NCBI GenBank assembly: GCA_024280785.1
Contig: JAJRPK010000008.1
Coordinates: 1 to 34,224, forward strand
Origin: Gammaproteobacteria bacterium
GTDB taxonomy: Bacteria > Pseudomonadota > Gammaproteobacteria > Pseudomonadales > UBA7434
Direction: 5' to 3'
Length of the DNA stretch: 34,224 nucleotides
The notes under the pieces were generated by a model. The model was not told the DNA's origin. It searched no databases and was given only the letters and a program-made list of their open reading frames with translations. Both the position numbers and the translations under genes were made by a program. This document shows positions 17,439 through 29,299 of the stretch, in pieces (positions within the stretch are counted from its first letter, which is position 1; each line of letters opens with the position of its first letter).

Positions 17439-20171
17439 TTAAGTTATCGCACCATGACACTGTTTATATTTCTTACCCGACCCACAAGGACAAGCTTCGT
17501 TGCGCCCGATTTTTTTACCTTCACGAACCATCGGTCCAGCCTGACCACTTTGCTCGTCGGAACTCTGCGTTTCATCGCCCTCTAACGCAGAGGCTTTAGC
17601 ATGTTGCGCCGTAACTTTTTCGTGACTTTGCTCTTCGCGCCGTTGCTTTTCAATAGCGTCAGGGTCATCTTTCGCCTGCACCTGAACTAATGATATGAAT
17701 CGAATAAACTCCAGCTTCATATTCTCCAGCATGGATTGAAATAATTCAAATGCCTCGCGCTTATATTCCTGCTTCGGATTACGCCCAGCGTAGCCTCTTA
17801 ACCCAATGCCTTGCCGCAAGTGATCCATCGTGGCCAGATGCTCTTTCCACAAGCTATCTAGCACTTGCAGTAATACTTGTTTTTCGAATCTTCGCGCAGC
17901 GTCACCTAACGGTCTGGTTTTTTCTTCGTACTTCTGCGCCAAAACATCGATGATTTTACTACGCAAGCTGGCATCTTGGAGCTGATCATCCTCGTCCAAC
18001 CATCGACCAACCGGTAAATCAATATCGTAATCGCTTTTTAAGCCCTGCTCTAAGCCTGAAATATCCCATTGCTCTTCAATGCTTTCTAACGGCATAAACC
18101 CGGTAATATAATCATTTATAACATCCTCACGAATTGCACTTATCATATCGACAATATCGTCGGCCAACAAAATGTCGTCGCGCTGCTGATATACTATTTG
18201 GCGTTGGTCGTTGGCTACATCATCGTATTCGAGCAATTGCTTACGAATATCAAAGTTTCTACCTTCTACTTTACGCTGCGCTTTTTCAATCGCATTAGAG
18301 ACCATGCGATGTTCTATGGCCTCACCTCTCTCCATCCCTAAGCGCTGCATAAAGTTTCGCACCGCATCGGAGGCAAAAATCCGCATTAGGTTGTCTTCCA
18401 TCGACAAGTAAAAACGGGTTACTCCGGGGTCCCCTTGCCGACCCGATCGACCTCGCAACTGGTTGTCTATCCGCCGAGACTCATGCCGTTCTGTACCAAA
18501 AATATGTAAACCGCCTGCATTAATAACCGTTTCATGCCGCTGTTTCCATTCCTTTTTGTGCGCTTCTATCTCTTTGTCGGTCGAGTTCTCAAGCGCAGCA
18601 AGTTCGGCTTCCAGGTTACCGCCTAATACGATATCAGTACCTCGGCCCGCCATATTCGTCGCTATTGTCAGCGCACCAGGACGGCCCGCTTCGGCAATGA
18701 TCTTTGCCTCACTCTTGTGAAATTTAGCATTGAGAACTTGATGATCAATTTTTTCTTTGTGCAAAAACTTGGACATCTTCTCTGAAGATTCAATAGATGC
18801 CGTACCCACCAATACCGGAGCATTATTTGCAATAGCTTCTTTAATATCGACAACGACCGCTTCATACTTTTCTTCAACAGACATAAATATCAAATCATTT
18901 AAATCCTGACGAACTGTCGGTTCATTCGGTGGTATAACCACAACGTTCAAACCATAAATCTGTAGAAACTCTGGTGCCTCTGTATCGGCAGTTCCGGTCA
19001 TTCCCGACAATTTATCGTACAGTCGAAAGAAATTCTGGAACGTAGTAGACGCCAATGTTTGACTTTCGGATTGAATATTTACGTTCTCTTTTGCCTCTAA
19101 TGCCTGGTGCAAACCATCTGACAACCGTCGCCCGGACATTGTCCGACCGGTGTGCTCATCGATCAACAAGATACTACCGTTTTGAACGATATATTCGACA
19201 TTTCGCTGAAACAGATGATGCGCTCTCAAAGCAGTTGTGACATGGTGAAGTAAACCCAAGTTTGTCGGCGAATAAAGGCTGTCGCCCTCTTCTATTAACT
19301 TTTCTTTTAACAAAAGTTCTTCGACGAACTGATGCCCCCCTTCAGTCAAATCTACTCCACGTTGTTTTTCATCGATGGTATAGTGACCGTCGGGCTCGGC
19401 ATCAGAGCCCTCCTCAATTTCTGGCGCTCGCTTCAATAAGGGTATAAGTGCATTCATGCGCTTATATAAAGCAGAACTATCGTCAGTTGCCCCGGAGATA
19501 ACTAACGGCGTTCTCGCCTCATCGATGAGAATCGAGTCAACTTCATCGATAATGGCAAAATGGGAGCCTTTCAATAATCTATCTTCTAACGTAAAAGCTG
19601 TGTTGTCACGTAAATAATCGAAACCAAATTCATTATTGGTGCCGTAGGTAACATCAGACTGATAAGCCGACCTTTTTTCTTCTTGTGATTGCCCCGACTG
19701 GATAATTCCTAACGACAGACCTAGCGACTCATACAGCGGCCTCATCCAATTGGCATCACGTTCGGCCAAATAATCATTAACTGTGACAATATGCACGCCT
19801 TTACCACTTAAGGCATTAAGATAAGCAGGCAAAGTCGCCACCAAAGTTTTGCCTTCACCGGTTCTCATCTCCGCAATTTGCCCTTCATGAAGAGCCATAC
19901 CACCAATCAATTGGACATCAAAGTGCCGCATGCTTAGATAGCGTCGACCCGCTTCTCTAACTGCCGCAAAGGCATCGGGCAAGATATCATCCACCGACTT
20001 GCCTTGTTGCAATGCAAGCTGGAACTCACCCGTTTTGGCCTTCAATTCAGAATCACTCAAGGCCTGATAAAGATCTTCCAACGCGTTTATTTGGGCGACA
20101 GTCTTGCCCATGCGTTTTAGCTCTCTATCATTCTTGGTGCCAAAGATTTTTTTAATGGAGTTTAATATCAT
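17439..20171 (-). CDS. secA: Preprotein translocase ATPase SecA
   Basis: [47 protein letters not shown]-terminal SEC-C motif [14 protein letters not shown]. Confidence 0.99.
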   Translation of the reverse strand: MILNSIKKIFGTKNDRELKRMGKTVAQINALEDLYQALSDSELKAKTGEFQLALQQGKSVDDILPDAFAAVREAGRRYLSMRHFDVQLIGGMALHEGQIAEMRTGEGKTLVATLPAYLNALSGKGVHIVTVNDYLAERDANWMRPLYESLGLSLGIIQSGQSQEEKRSAYQSDVTYGTNNEFGFDYLRDNTAFTLEDRLLKGSHFAIIDEVDSILIDEARTPLVISGATDDSSALYKRMNALIPLLKRAPEIEEGSDAEPDGHYTIDEKQRGVDLTEGGHQFVEELLLKEKLIEEGDSLYSPTNLGLLHHVTTALRAHHLFQRNVEYIVQNGSILLIDEHTGRTMSGRRLSDGLHQALEAKENVNIQSESQTLASTTFQNFFRLYDKLSGMTGTADTEAPEFLQIYGLNVVVIPPNEPTVRQDLNDLIFMSVEEKYEAVVVDIKEAIANNAPVLVGTASIESSEKMSKFLHKEKIDHQVLNAKFHKSEAKIIAEAGRPGALTIATNMAGRGTDIVLGGNLEAELAALENSTDKEIEAHKKEWKQRHETVINAGGLHIFGTERHESRRIDNQLRGRSGRQGDPGVTRFYLSMEDNLMRIFASDAVRNFMQRLGMERGEAIEHRMVSNAIEKAQRKVEGRNFDIRKQLLEYDDVANDQRQIVYQQRDDILLADDIVDMISAIREDVINDYITGFMPLESIEEQWDISGLEQGLKSDYDIDLPVGRWLDEDDQLQDASLRSKIIDVLAQKYEEKTRPLGDAARRFEKQVLLQVLDSLWKEHLATMDHLRQGIGLRGYAGRNPKQEYKREAFELFQSMLENMKLEFIRFISLVQVQAKDDPDAIEKQRREEQSHEKVTAQHAKASALEGDETQSSDEQSGQAGPMVREGKKIGRNEACPCGSGKKYKQCHGAIT

Positions 20172-20566
20172 AATATTCTTGTGTTAAACGCTCTTGTATG
20201 AATTCACAGTCATTAGCGTTGTGAATTGTCGACAATGTAACAACCCTTCGAAACAGCATAGATTGTCAATGATAAAGACGTTGTTAATAGGTCAGCTATC
20301 GCTTACTCACCCGATCCCTTCCCCTATTACACGCACAACTTAAAGCTTATAAGCATAGCACGACAGGCTTAGGTAAGCACCGGTATAAGTAAATCAGAGC
20401 AAGTAAATCAGCACTCAACTCAAAGGACGCAACGACTTTAGAAGGAAAATATGGAGGTTGTTAAAAGAGAAAGTTAATTGAAGTGACCCGGTTGAGCTTA
20501 CCTAAGCAACTGCAGATACCTCTCCCTCAGAATAAGCTTCAGCTGAAGAGTGATACTAGTGCCCGG

Positions 20567-21631
20567 TTATAAGCTAGCCCGGTAAATGTATCGCTCAGGG
20601 TTCATCGCTTTACCTTGTTTTAGGACCTCAAAATGCACGTGCGGTCCGGTAGATCGTCCACTACTGCCCATTTGAGCAATGACTTGCCCCTTACTGACCA
20701 CATCGCCAAGCTCGACTAAATGAGCTTCGTTATGTCCGTAGCGAGTAACAAATCCGTTACCATGGCTAAGTTCAATTATGTTGCCATAGCCCGTTCGCTT
20801 TGCAGCAATGGTCACAATACCTCCAGCAACTGCAACCACATCGGCCCCCGCTTTGCCGGCAAAATCTACACCGGCATGCCAAGCTTGCTTACCACTAAAC
20901 GGGTCGGTTCGCGATCCGTAAGCAGAAGACATCCACCCCTTTACTACGGGCTTACCCGCGACAAATGAATCGATGCGAGATTCCCTTGCAGCCAGCTGCC
21001 GGTCTAACAGCGCTAATTGCTGTCCTCTATTATCAATATGGCTTATTAAATTATCTAGCATCTGTTCTAGAGATAGGCTAGTAGACGAGCCCGGCACTAA
21101 ACGACTTTCGGCCGAATCATTAGTAGCGAACTGACTTTCATTGCCCATGAGGCTTAACTTAGAACGATTAATTAATAATGAAGGCAAGTCAGTAGTTGTC
21201 ACTGCGGAATTAAAGGGTGAATTAAGACTCCCATCGACGACTTCCGGCCCTCCTAAAGCAGGCTGGCGAGAAAAATCGAACTCTCCATTATCAAGTTTGG
21301 CTATTTGGGCGACCTGCTGGCCCAACACATCGAGTCGCATTATACGTGCTTGAAGCTCAGCCACTTTGACGGTCAAGGCAGACAATTCATCGCCTACTTG
21401 AGCACGTGTTTGCTCGACAAGCGATGCTTGAAATGCTAGTTCTTGCTGCCAATTATCCAGCAGTGCCTTCTCTGTCGACTGACGATCAATCGATATCGCG
21501 TACCAAAGACTTAATGCCCCAACTAAGAAGGGAACAAGGCCAAAGCCTAGCAAAATCAGACGATGTCTCATACGATGGCTATCGAGAGTTAAAGACTCCC
21601 CACCACCGCGACTAAGTATAATAAATTTCAT
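20567..21631 (-). CDS. M23 family metallopeptidase with N-terminal TM segment and coiled coil
   Basis: SSAYGSRTDPF, HAGVD (HxxxD), TRYGH, GRSTGPHVHFE (HxH); conserved position upstream of secA. Confidence 0.93.
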   Translation of the reverse strand: MKFIILSRGGGESLTLDSHRMRHRLILLGFGLVPFLVGALSLWYAISIDRQSTEKALLDNWQQELAFQASLVEQTRAQVGDELSALTVKVAELQARIMRLDVLGQQVAQIAKLDNGEFDFSRQPALGGPEVVDGSLNSPFNSAVTTTDLPSLLINRSKLSLMGNESQFATNDSAESRLVPGSSTSLSLEQMLDNLISHIDNRGQQLALLDRQLAARESRIDSFVAGKPVVKGWMSSAYGSRTDPFSGKQAWHAGVDFAGKAGADVVAVAGGIVTIAAKRTGYGNIIELSHGNGFVTRYGHNEAHLVELGDVVSKGQVIAQMGSSGRSTGPHVHFEVLKQGKAMNPERYIYRASL

Positions 21632-22000
21632 TAATTGTGAATTCCGATACGATATCTATAACAAAACTGAGCGGATTGTTTAGCCAAACAACCCGATTTC
21701 GTTGAGACAATAATTATATTAGCTGAACCAAAGCAATACTATGGCTGCAGCGTATGAAAATCTGCTTAAATCATGATAAGGCAGTCACAAATACTCATTA
21801 TTATTCTACGTACCTTAATCAACTTGAATGCTAAACATCCACCTGGCAGCTAAAAATCGATACCATATAGGACAATAACTGGCTTGCCATAAGGCAACTA
21901 TTGGCCAGTTGATACCTAGCTGATTGAGTTTTAACCGACTGCATACACCGAAAAATTAAACCAGACGTTTAAAATCCGTAATTGCTACGAAAGATTCTGA

Positions 22001-22912
22001 TTAAACAGCAAGTACGGGTGAAGCATAAGAGAATGGCGCTTTCTCTGCATCATCGTAGGTAATAATGTCCCATGCATCTGGCTGAGAAATAAGCTCGCGC
22101 AATAATTTGTTATTCAATGCGTGGCCAGATTTGTAGGCACGAAACTCACCAATTAAACTGTTGCCTAATAAATACAGATCGCCAATAGCATCGAGTATTT
22201 TGTGTCGAACAAATTCGTCTTCGTAACGGAGACCATCTTCATTCAAAATGCGATAATCATCAACGACGATGGCGTTATCGACACTACCACCCTGCGCCAA
22301 ACCCTGCGAACGCAAATACTCGATCTCGTGCATAAAACCGAATGTCCGAGCACGACTAACTTCTCTGACAAAAGAAGTGGTACTGAAATCAACTTCGGCA
22401 GTAGTCCCACGACCCTTAAAAACCGGATGATCAAAATCAATAGTAAAACAAACTTTAAAACCGTTACGCGGTCTAAAGCTGGCCGTTTTATCGCCATCTT
22501 TAACAGTAACTTCTCGCTTAATACGAATAAACTTCTTCGCCGCGTTCTGCTCTTCTATTCCAGCAGACTGAATCAAAAATACAAATGGCCCAGCACTTCC
22601 GTCCATAATCGGGATTTCGCTTGCATTAATTTCGACATAGCAATTATCGATACCTAAACCTGCCATTGCCGACAGTAAATGCTCAACCGTAGAAACGCGA
22701 ACATCACCCTTGGCCAAGGATGTCGACAATGTGGTATCACCTACATTTTTGGTTCTAGCAGGAATTTCTACGATGGGGTCTAAATCGACCCTACGAAACA
22801 CTATGCCCGTATCGATAGGTGCAGGACAAAGTTTCAAATACACTTTTTTACCCGTGTGCAAGCCTACACCTGTTGCACGAATACTATTACGCAAAGTTCT
22901 CTGTTTAATCAT
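22001..22912 (-). CDS. lpxC: UDP-3-O-acyl-N-acetylglucosamine deacetylase
   Basis: [42 protein letters not shown]. Confidence 0.99.
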   Translation of the reverse strand: MIKQRTLRNSIRATGVGLHTGKKVYLKLCPAPIDTGIVFRRVDLDPIVEIPARTKNVGDTTLSTSLAKGDVRVSTVEHLLSAMAGLGIDNCYVEINASEIPIMDGSAGPFVFLIQSAGIEEQNAAKKFIRIKREVTVKDGDKTASFRPRNGFKVCFTIDFDHPVFKGRGTTAEVDFSTTSFVREVSRARTFGFMHEIEYLRSQGLAQGGSVDNAIVVDDYRILNEDGLRYEDEFVRHKILDAIGDLYLLGNSLIGEFRAYKSGHALNNKLLRELISQPDAWDIITYDDAEKAPFSYASPVLAV

Positions 22913-23270
22913 GGCTCACCTGATTCCGTCACATACCGTACCGTATTTGTCGCGTCGACCGCCCTAATACCTGCGATTATTAATCAGTCTAGACAGTCTC
23001 GGCCACCACTTGCAGCTCTATTTACCTGACTTTTGACTGATTAAACTTTGACAAATAGATCTAATATTAAGCACATTCATATTCAAAATCGGTCTATCCC
23101 CACTGGATTAGTCGATAATCTGCGAAGTTAGCCCTAATACCTACCACAGGAGTTACAAACAACCACTTGTAGCCACAATAATGAAGTAAATGCGCCGCAA
23201 AACTCTGCCCCCTAGAATGAATACGCTAATGACCAAACATCGAGGCTTGGTCATTCATTCATTGGTTTGG

Positions 23271-23286
23271 GGCGCGGATCCTAGCA
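23271..23286 (-). promoter_or_regulatory. Candidate extended -10 promoter with GC-rich discriminator for lpxC
   Basis: Minus strand TGcTAGGATCCGCGCC. Confidence 0.4.
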
Positions 23287-23378
23287 GAAGTACCTACTAT
23301 TTACTAGCGACTGACAAACCGTCGCTAGCTATCCTGCACCCAGTCTCATGACTATTTTTGAGCCTAGTTCAAACCAAC

Positions 23379-24581
23379 TTAGTTAGCCTGCCGCCGTAAA
23401 AATGCTGGAATATCGAGCAAATCCGTATCTTTACTTGCCGAAGAAACCACCGCGCCCGCTGACTCAGATGGCTGACTTCCAACCGGCTCTGGTGCACGTG
23501 TCGCACGTGGGTTATCACTCGGCCTAGCCTGACGCATAGTCGGAGGCAGGTCATAATCGCTATAATTCGGCTTAGCTAAGGGGGTCTCACGCTCGTTTAC
23601 CAAACGCATTGGAGCCTCAACATTATTTTCGCCCAACCCTGTAGCCACTACTGTGACTTTCAACTCATCGGTCATATCAGGATCAATTACTGTTCCGACC
23701 ACCACAGTTGCATTATCAGATGCAAACTCTTCAATGGTATCCCCCACTTCGGCAAACTCACCTAAAGAAAGGTCCATACCGGCGGTAATATTTACCAAAA
23801 TACCCCGAGCACCCTGCAAGTTGACGTCTTCAAGCAGCGGGCTTTTAATTGCCGCCTCTGCCGCTTCGCGAGCACGTGATTCTCCACTAGACACGCCCGT
23901 ACCCATCATCGCCATACCCATTTCAGACATAACGGTGCGAACATCAGCAAAATCGACGTTGATCATACCGGGACGAATGATCAAGTCGGCTATTCCTTGT
24001 ACAGCGCCCAACAATACATCATTTGCCGACCTAAAAGCATCAAGCAAGCTCGTGGATTTTCCCATAACTGCCAACAGCTTCTCATTAGGGATGGTAATTA
24101 ATGAATCAACATGCTCCTGCAGCTCTCGAATTCCTTCATCCGCAAATTTCTGTCGTTTTTTTCCTTCAAATTTAAACGGCCGAGTTACTACCGCAACAGT
24201 CAAGATACCCATTTCTCTGGCAACTTCTGCAATAATTGGAGCTCCTCCTGTGCCTGTACCTCCGCCCATACCTGCTGTTATAAACACCATGTCAGCACCT
24301 TCGAGAACTTCATATATTCGATCTCGATCTTCTAACGCAGCTTGACGACCAACATCTGGATTTGCTCCTGCGCCCAGCCCTTTAGTGATATTACCGCCTA
24401 ACTGCAAGACAGTGTTAGCTGCCATATCAGCTAACGCCTGAGCGTCAGTGTTAGCACAAATAAATTCAACCCCCTCTATGTTATTGGCAATCATATGTTT
24501 AACAGCATTTCCGCCACCACCGCCTATTCCGATGACTTTAATAACCGCGTTTTGTGGAACATTATCTACCAGTTCGAACAT
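23379..24581 (-). CDS. ftsZ: Cell division protein FtsZ
   Basis: [24 protein letters not shown]-terminal [12 protein letters not shown]. The ATG at 24581 has a GAGGGGG RBS. Confidence 0.99.
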   Translation of the reverse strand: MFELVDNVPQNAVIKVIGIGGGGGNAVKHMIANNIEGVEFICANTDAQALADMAANTVLQLGGNITKGLGAGANPDVGRQAALEDRDRIYEVLEGADMVFITAGMGGGTGTGGAPIIAEVAREMGILTVAVVTRPFKFEGKKRQKFADEGIRELQEHVDSLITIPNEKLLAVMGKSTSLLDAFRSANDVLLGAVQGIADLIIRPGMINVDFADVRTVMSEMGMAMMGTGVSSGESRAREAAEAAIKSPLLEDVNLQGARGILVNITAGMDLSLGEFAEVGDTIEEFASDNATVVVGTVIDPDMTDELKVTVVATGLGENNVEAPMRLVNERETPLAKPNYSDYDLPPTMRQARPSDNPRATRAPEPVGSQPSESAGAVVSSASKDTDLLDIPAFLRRQAN

Positions 24582-24641
24582 TTCTAATTCCCCCTCAGGA
24601 AAGTTTATATACAAAGACCTTTATTAAAATAAAAAAACATA

Positions 24642-25874
24642 CTAAAAATTACTTTGAAACCAAGATTTCACTCGACTTAATATGCCCTCTTCACTTGCCC
24701 GCCCATTCGCATGCTGCAAATTAAGTTGTTGCTTCAAACCATAATGTAGCAAACCAACACCTGTCGCATAAATGGGGTTGTTGGCGATATCCTGCAATCC
24801 AGACACCCCATAAGGCGCACCTAAACGAACGGGCACATGAAATATTTCCTCGGCAAGTTCGACAGCACCATGCATGTTAGAAGTGCCACCGGTCAGGACA
24901 ACGCCTGCCGCAATGAGATCTTCGAACCCGCTACGCCTCAACTCAGCTTGCACTAAGGTAAAAAGCTCGTCATACCTAGGCTCAACCACCTCTGCTAATG
25001 CTTGACGAGAAAGGTCGCGCGGAGGTCGGTCGCCTACACTCGGGACCTTAATTGTCTCATCCAAACCGGCAAGCTGCGCAAGCGCACAGGCATACTTTAT
25101 TTTGATATCTTCAGCATATTGCGTCGGCGTTCTTAGAGCCATAGCAATGTCGTTAGTTACCTGATCGCCGGCAATAGGAATATTAGCTGTATGTCGAATT
25201 GCGCCCTCAGTAAAAATGGCAATATCTGTAGTCCCACCACCAATATCCACCATACAAACGCCTAATTCTCGCTCGTCATCTGTTAACACTGCGTAACTCG
25301 AGGCCAATTGTTCTAAAATAATGTCCTCGACAAACAGTCCGCATCGATTAATGCACTTTTCGATATTTTGCGCAGCGTTTACCGCACAAGTTACCAAGTG
25401 CACTTTTGCCTCTAAACGCACACCCGACATTCCTAACGGCTCTTTCACTCCCTCTTGAGTATCAATGACATACTCTTGCGGCAACACGTGTAAGATTTTT
25501 TGATCCGCTGGAATAGCGACAGCTTTAGCAGCATCGATAACACGTTCTATGTCCGTCGCCATTACTTCACGGTCTCGAATCGCTACGATTCCATGTGAGT
25601 TAAGGCTTCGTATATGGCTTCCAGCAATACCCGCGTATACAGAATGAATTTGACAGCCAGCCATCAGCTCCGCTTCTTCGATCGCGCGCTGAATCGATTG
25701 CACTGTCGACTCGATATTAACGACCACACCTTTTTTCAACCCGCGTGATTGATGAGAGCCAATACCCACGATTTCAATTTCACCATCTTCATTTAGCTCC
25801 CCAACAATTGCCACTACCTTAGAGGTGCCTATATCCAAACCGACGATCATTTTCGCCTCTGCAGGATTAGCCAT
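24642..25874 (-). CDS. ftsA: Cell division protein FtsA
   Basis: VGLDIGTSKV, VDIGGGTTD, VLTGG, C-terminal amphipathic RVKSWFQSNF. Confidence 0.99.
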   Translation of the reverse strand: MANPAEAKMIVGLDIGTSKVVAIVGELNEDGEIEIVGIGSHQSRGLKKGVVVNIESTVQSIQRAIEEAELMAGCQIHSVYAGIAGSHIRSLNSHGIVAIRDREVMATDIERVIDAAKAVAIPADQKILHVLPQEYVIDTQEGVKEPLGMSGVRLEAKVHLVTCAVNAAQNIEKCINRCGLFVEDIILEQLASSYAVLTDDERELGVCMVDIGGGTTDIAIFTEGAIRHTANIPIAGDQVTNDIAMALRTPTQYAEDIKIKYACALAQLAGLDETIKVPSVGDRPPRDLSRQALAEVVEPRYDELFTLVQAELRRSGFEDLIAAGVVLTGGTSNMHGAVELAEEIFHVPVRLGAPYGVSGLQDIANNPIYATGVGLLHYGLKQQLNLQHANGRASEEGILSRVKSWFQSNF

Positions 25875-26886
25875 TTTTCTCTCCTTTATATGTCACCATC
25901 ATATCGCCCGTTTCACTCCGTAAATTCATCAACTGTCGTTGATTACTCATCACAACATCTAAAGGATTGCTTTCAACTAACGCTATAGAGCTCGCACCAT
26001 GCTTCCAACTCACGGCAACCCCATTTGGATAACGTAGATCAACAATTGCCGCCTGCTCTATATTGTTAGACAATACGCCAGATATTAACCCTATAAATCG
26101 CTGATACCGCTCACTAACATTCACTGAACCTAATTCAATGCGCAGCCCACTATTTAGTACCAACCACAAATCTCGACTTTTCGTTTGGCCTAACTCACGA
26201 ATATACACATCGTGCTGCAAAAGTGGCTTTTGAAACTGATTAAACCAAACCACACTTTGCTGGATTGCATCCACCTCTTCACGAGAATTCGAAGCAATAC
26301 TAAACAAAGGTAAGTAATCGAACTCTTCCATCGATTTTGCGAGAAAAAGCTTGCTAGTCGCAGACAACAAAAACTGATCGTTCCATCTGGCCACAGCGAC
26401 ATGCTCATCGATGCCAATGAGCAAATTGTTTGGCCATTGACGGCGGATAACTGCCTGCCTAACCCAAGGATGTTGCTCCAAAGTCGCTTTTAAACGGCTT
26501 AGGTTTAAGCGCCAAAAACCATCGGCTAATTGCTTATCTATTAATGTTTTTAATTCCAATTCCATCGCACCGCTCGCCGAAACCTCGCTACCCGAATGGC
26601 CGGTTAAAATAACAGCCCCTACAGGAACTGATTCCAAATTTCTAACGATCATCCCCACGGCTAGCAACGCAACACAAAGAAATATCAACAGTGTTATTTT
26701 CTTTACCCATAGCGACGAAATATTAACCGCAGAAACCTGACTATTCTCCCGTGTCGCACCCGATCGTTTACGCTGAGCACGCTGTTGAGAAACCACAGAA
26801 AAAAACCATAAGGTCGTTGGCGAAATAAAAATCCGCAGCCAACTCAAAAATTTTAAGGTTCCTTTATTCATCAGATGAACATTCAT
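25867..26886 (-). CDS. ftsQ: Cell division protein FtsQ (start uncertain; GTG at 26796 is an alternative)
   Basis: Single TM, POTRA segment LEQHPWVRQAVIRRQWP, VDLRYPNGVAVSW; lies between ddl and ftsA. Confidence 0.92.
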   Translation of the reverse strand: MNVHLMNKGTLKFLSWLRIFISPTTLWFFSVVSQQRAQRKRSGATRENSQVSAVNISSLWVKKITLLIFLCVALLAVGMIVRNLESVPVGAVILTGHSGSEVSASGAMELELKTLIDKQLADGFWRLNLSRLKATLEQHPWVRQAVIRRQWPNNLLIGIDEHVAVARWNDQFLLSATSKLFLAKSMEEFDYLPLFSIASNSREEVDAIQQSVVWFNQFQKPLLQHDVYIRELGQTKSRDLWLVLNSGLRIELGSVNVSERYQRFIGLISGVLSNNIEQAAIVDLRYPNGVAVSWKHGASSIALVESNPLDVVMSNQRQLMNLRSETGDMMVTYKGEKNG

Positions 26887-27865
26887 CGGACGAAGTCACC
26901 GCTAACCGGATAATATTTGTCATTAACGCATCAAAATTTAGTCCTGCCGCTTTTGCTGCCATGGGCACTAAACTATGGCTAGTCAAACCGGGAATCGTAT
27001 TTATTTCAAGCAAATAAAACTGATCGCTTTTTTCATCTAGCATAAAGTCGACTCGCCCCCACTGCTCACAACCCAAGGCTGCAAATGCTTGCAACGCCAG
27101 CATTTGCAGTTGCTGTTCTTTTTTTACTGACAAACCGCTAGGAATATAAAATTGCGTATCTTTATCCTCATACTTTGCCGCATAATCGTAAAAGCCTCGC
27201 TTTGTTTCTATGCGAATTGAAGGCAACTCAAAACCTTGTAATATCGCTACCGTATATTCCGGCCCCAAAATATATTTTTCTGCAAACACTTCACCACAAT
27301 ATTCCGCCGCCATATGATAGGCATGTTGTAGTTCATCCTCTGATGACGCAATCGACATACCCATACTTGAACCGTCTTCTGAAGGCTTAACAAAAACAGT
27401 ACCTCCCAATTGATCAAGGATTTCTGTAAAGTTTGTGTCGCTGTTTAAACGCACAAAGTCAGGAGTCGGTAGCGAAAGTCCACGCCATACATTTTTCGAG
27501 CGTACTTTGTCCATACAAAGTGCGGAGGCCTGTACCTTGCTGCCACTGTAGGGAATGGATAAATCACGCAATAATGCTTGTATAACTCCGTCTTCCCCTC
27601 CCTTACCGTGTAACGCTATAAACGCAAAACCGGGGTTTACCTTTTGCAGCGCAGCAGCCACATCATCACCAACAGCATCTATCGACACTACGTCTACACC
27701 CATCGATCGTAAACTTGCTACGGCAGCCGCTCCACTTTGCAGCGACACTTCCCGTTCGGAGCCAGTGCCTCCCATTAATACGGCTATTGGACCTCCGTAA
27801 CCTGCGGCACGAAGAACATCCAAGATCGTATTTTGATTTGTTGACGTTGATTCTATCGTTTCCAT
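26864..27865 (-). CDS. ddl: D-alanine-D-alanine ligase
   Basis: GGTGSEREVSL, LHGKGGEDG, GSSMG, FYDYAAKY (Tyr, D-Ala-D-Ala type), LEINTIPG. Confidence 0.97.
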   Translation of the reverse strand: METIESTSTNQNTILDVLRAAGYGGPIAVLMGGTGSEREVSLQSGAAAVASLRSMGVDVVSIDAVGDDVAAALQKVNPGFAFIALHGKGGEDGVIQALLRDLSIPYSGSKVQASALCMDKVRSKNVWRGLSLPTPDFVRLNSDTNFTEILDQLGGTVFVKPSEDGSSMGMSIASSEDELQHAYHMAAEYCGEVFAEKYILGPEYTVAILQGFELPSIRIETKRGFYDYAAKYEDKDTQFYIPSGLSVKKEQQLQMLALQAFAALGCEQWGRVDFMLDEKSDQFYLLEINTIPGLTSHSLVPMAAKAAGLNFDALMTNIIRLAVTSSDECSSDE

Positions 27866-27868
27866 TCT

Positions 27869-29299
27869 TTAGGTCACCGAGCTCGAAAATTGATGTTGTG
27901 CAATTGCCGCCGATACCTTGCTTACGTCACCAGCACCTTGCGTTATCAAAATATCGCCGGGATTAAGCACACGCTCTAATATCTGATTCAATTCCTCTCG
28001 TCGCTCGATAAATAACGGATCAATCTTTCCACGCTGCCGGATACTCATTGCCAAACTGCGACTATCAGCTCCTGCTATAGGCTGTTCGCCTGCTGCATAG
28101 ACATCCATAATCAACAACACGTCTACTGCTGATAGAGTGCTAACAAAATCATCGTATAAATCAAACGTTCGGGTATAGCGGTGCGGCTGAAAAACCATGA
28201 CCAAACGACGCTCGGGCCAACTTACCCTCGCCGCCGCAATAGTCGCGGCCACCTCGGTTGGATGATGACCGTAATCATCAACTAAGGTGAACTTCCCGCC
28301 CTCAATCACAAGGTCTGCACTAACGTCAAACCGCCTCCCTACTCCTTTAAAATTGTCAAGCGCCTTAAGGATTACACCCGGCTCAATACCCTCATCATGT
28401 GCTACCACAAAAGCTGCTGTAGCGTTTAATGCATTGTGCACCCCTGGGGTATTTAAACTGACATGTAACTTTCCGTTGCCACCGGGATACTGCAATAAAA
28501 ATTCTGCTCTCAGTCCTTCGCAGCAGTAATCGCTGATTCGATAATCGGCATCTTCGCTAAAACCGTAGCTAAGCACGGGCCGATGAAATCGGCCGATCAA
28601 CGACCTAACGTTTTCATCATCAATACACACAATCGCCAAACCGTAGAATGGCAGGTTGTGTATAAACTCGACAAATGTCGCTGTTAGTTTCGAAAAATCG
28701 CCTTCATAGGTTTCTAAATGATCTGCGTCAATATTCGTAATGACGGAGACCATCGGCTGCAAGTGCAAAAACGAAGCATCACTTTCATCAGCCTCGGCTA
28801 TCAAATATCGGCCGTCTCCCAACTGTGCATTCGCGTTAGCACTATTGAGCAAACCGCCAATAACAAATGTTGGTGCTAGTCCTGCCTCACCGAAGACAGA
28901 CGCTATCAAGCTAGTGGTGGTCGTTTTTCCATGCGTTCCAGCGACGGCGACCCCGTGACGGTAACGCATTAATTCCGCCAGCATTTCTGCCCTAGGAACT
29001 ATGGGCAATTGGGCCAATCTTGCCGCAAGGACCTCGACGTTAGCCTCATCAATGGCGGTGGAAGTTACAACGACATCCGCCGATTGGATGTTTTTTTCAG
29101 CATGACCAATGGATACTGCGACTCCTAAACTTTCTAACCGCGAAGTAGCATGAGAAGACTGAATATCTGAACCACTCACTCGATAGCCCTGATTCAACAA
29201 AACCTCGGCGATACCGCACATTCCAGCCCCACCGATGCCAACAAAATGAATTTGTTCAATTCTTCGCATTTCAGGAATAAAAAAAGCACCGCTAGACAT
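27869..29299 (-). CDS. murC: UDP-N-acetylmuramate-L-alanine ligase
   Basis: [41 protein letters not shown]. The ATG at 29299 overlaps the end of murG. Confidence 0.98.
   Translation of the reverse strand: MSSGAFFIPEMRRIEQIHFVGIGGAGMCGIAEVLLNQGYRVSGSDIQSSHATSRLESLGVAVSIGHAEKNIQSADVVVTSTAIDEANVEVLAARLAQLPIVPRAEMLAELMRYRHGVAVAGTHGKTTTTSLIASVFGEAGLAPTFVIGGLLNSANANAQLGDGRYLIAEADESDASFLHLQPMVSVITNIDADHLETYEGDFSKLTATFVEFIHNLPFYGLAIVCIDDENVRSLIGRFHRPVLSYGFSEDADYRISDYCCEGLRAEFLLQYPGGNGKLHVSLNTPGVHNALNATAAFVVAHDEGIEPGVILKALDNFKGVGRRFDVSADLVIEGGKFTLVDDYGHHPTEVAATIAAARVSWPERRLVMVFQPHRYTRTFDLYDDFVSTLSAVDVLLIMDVYAAGEQPIAGADSRSLAMSIRQRGKIDPLFIERREELNQILERVLNPGDILITQGAGDVSKVSAAIAQHQFSSSVT

Noticed and set aside
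22710-22967. ORF ending in RRPP, resembling a ribosome-arrest peptide
   Set aside because: It is antisense to and overlaps lpxC, and has no downstream gene on its strand to regulate.
23653-24345. 230-aa plus-strand ORF and similar ORFs inside lpxC, secA, ileS, argJ and murC
   Set aside because: They are antisense or alternate-frame shadows of conserved genes with no recognisable motifs.
27866-27868. Absence of murB between murC and ddl
   Set aside because: This is normal for many Gammaproteobacteria, where murB lies elsewhere.
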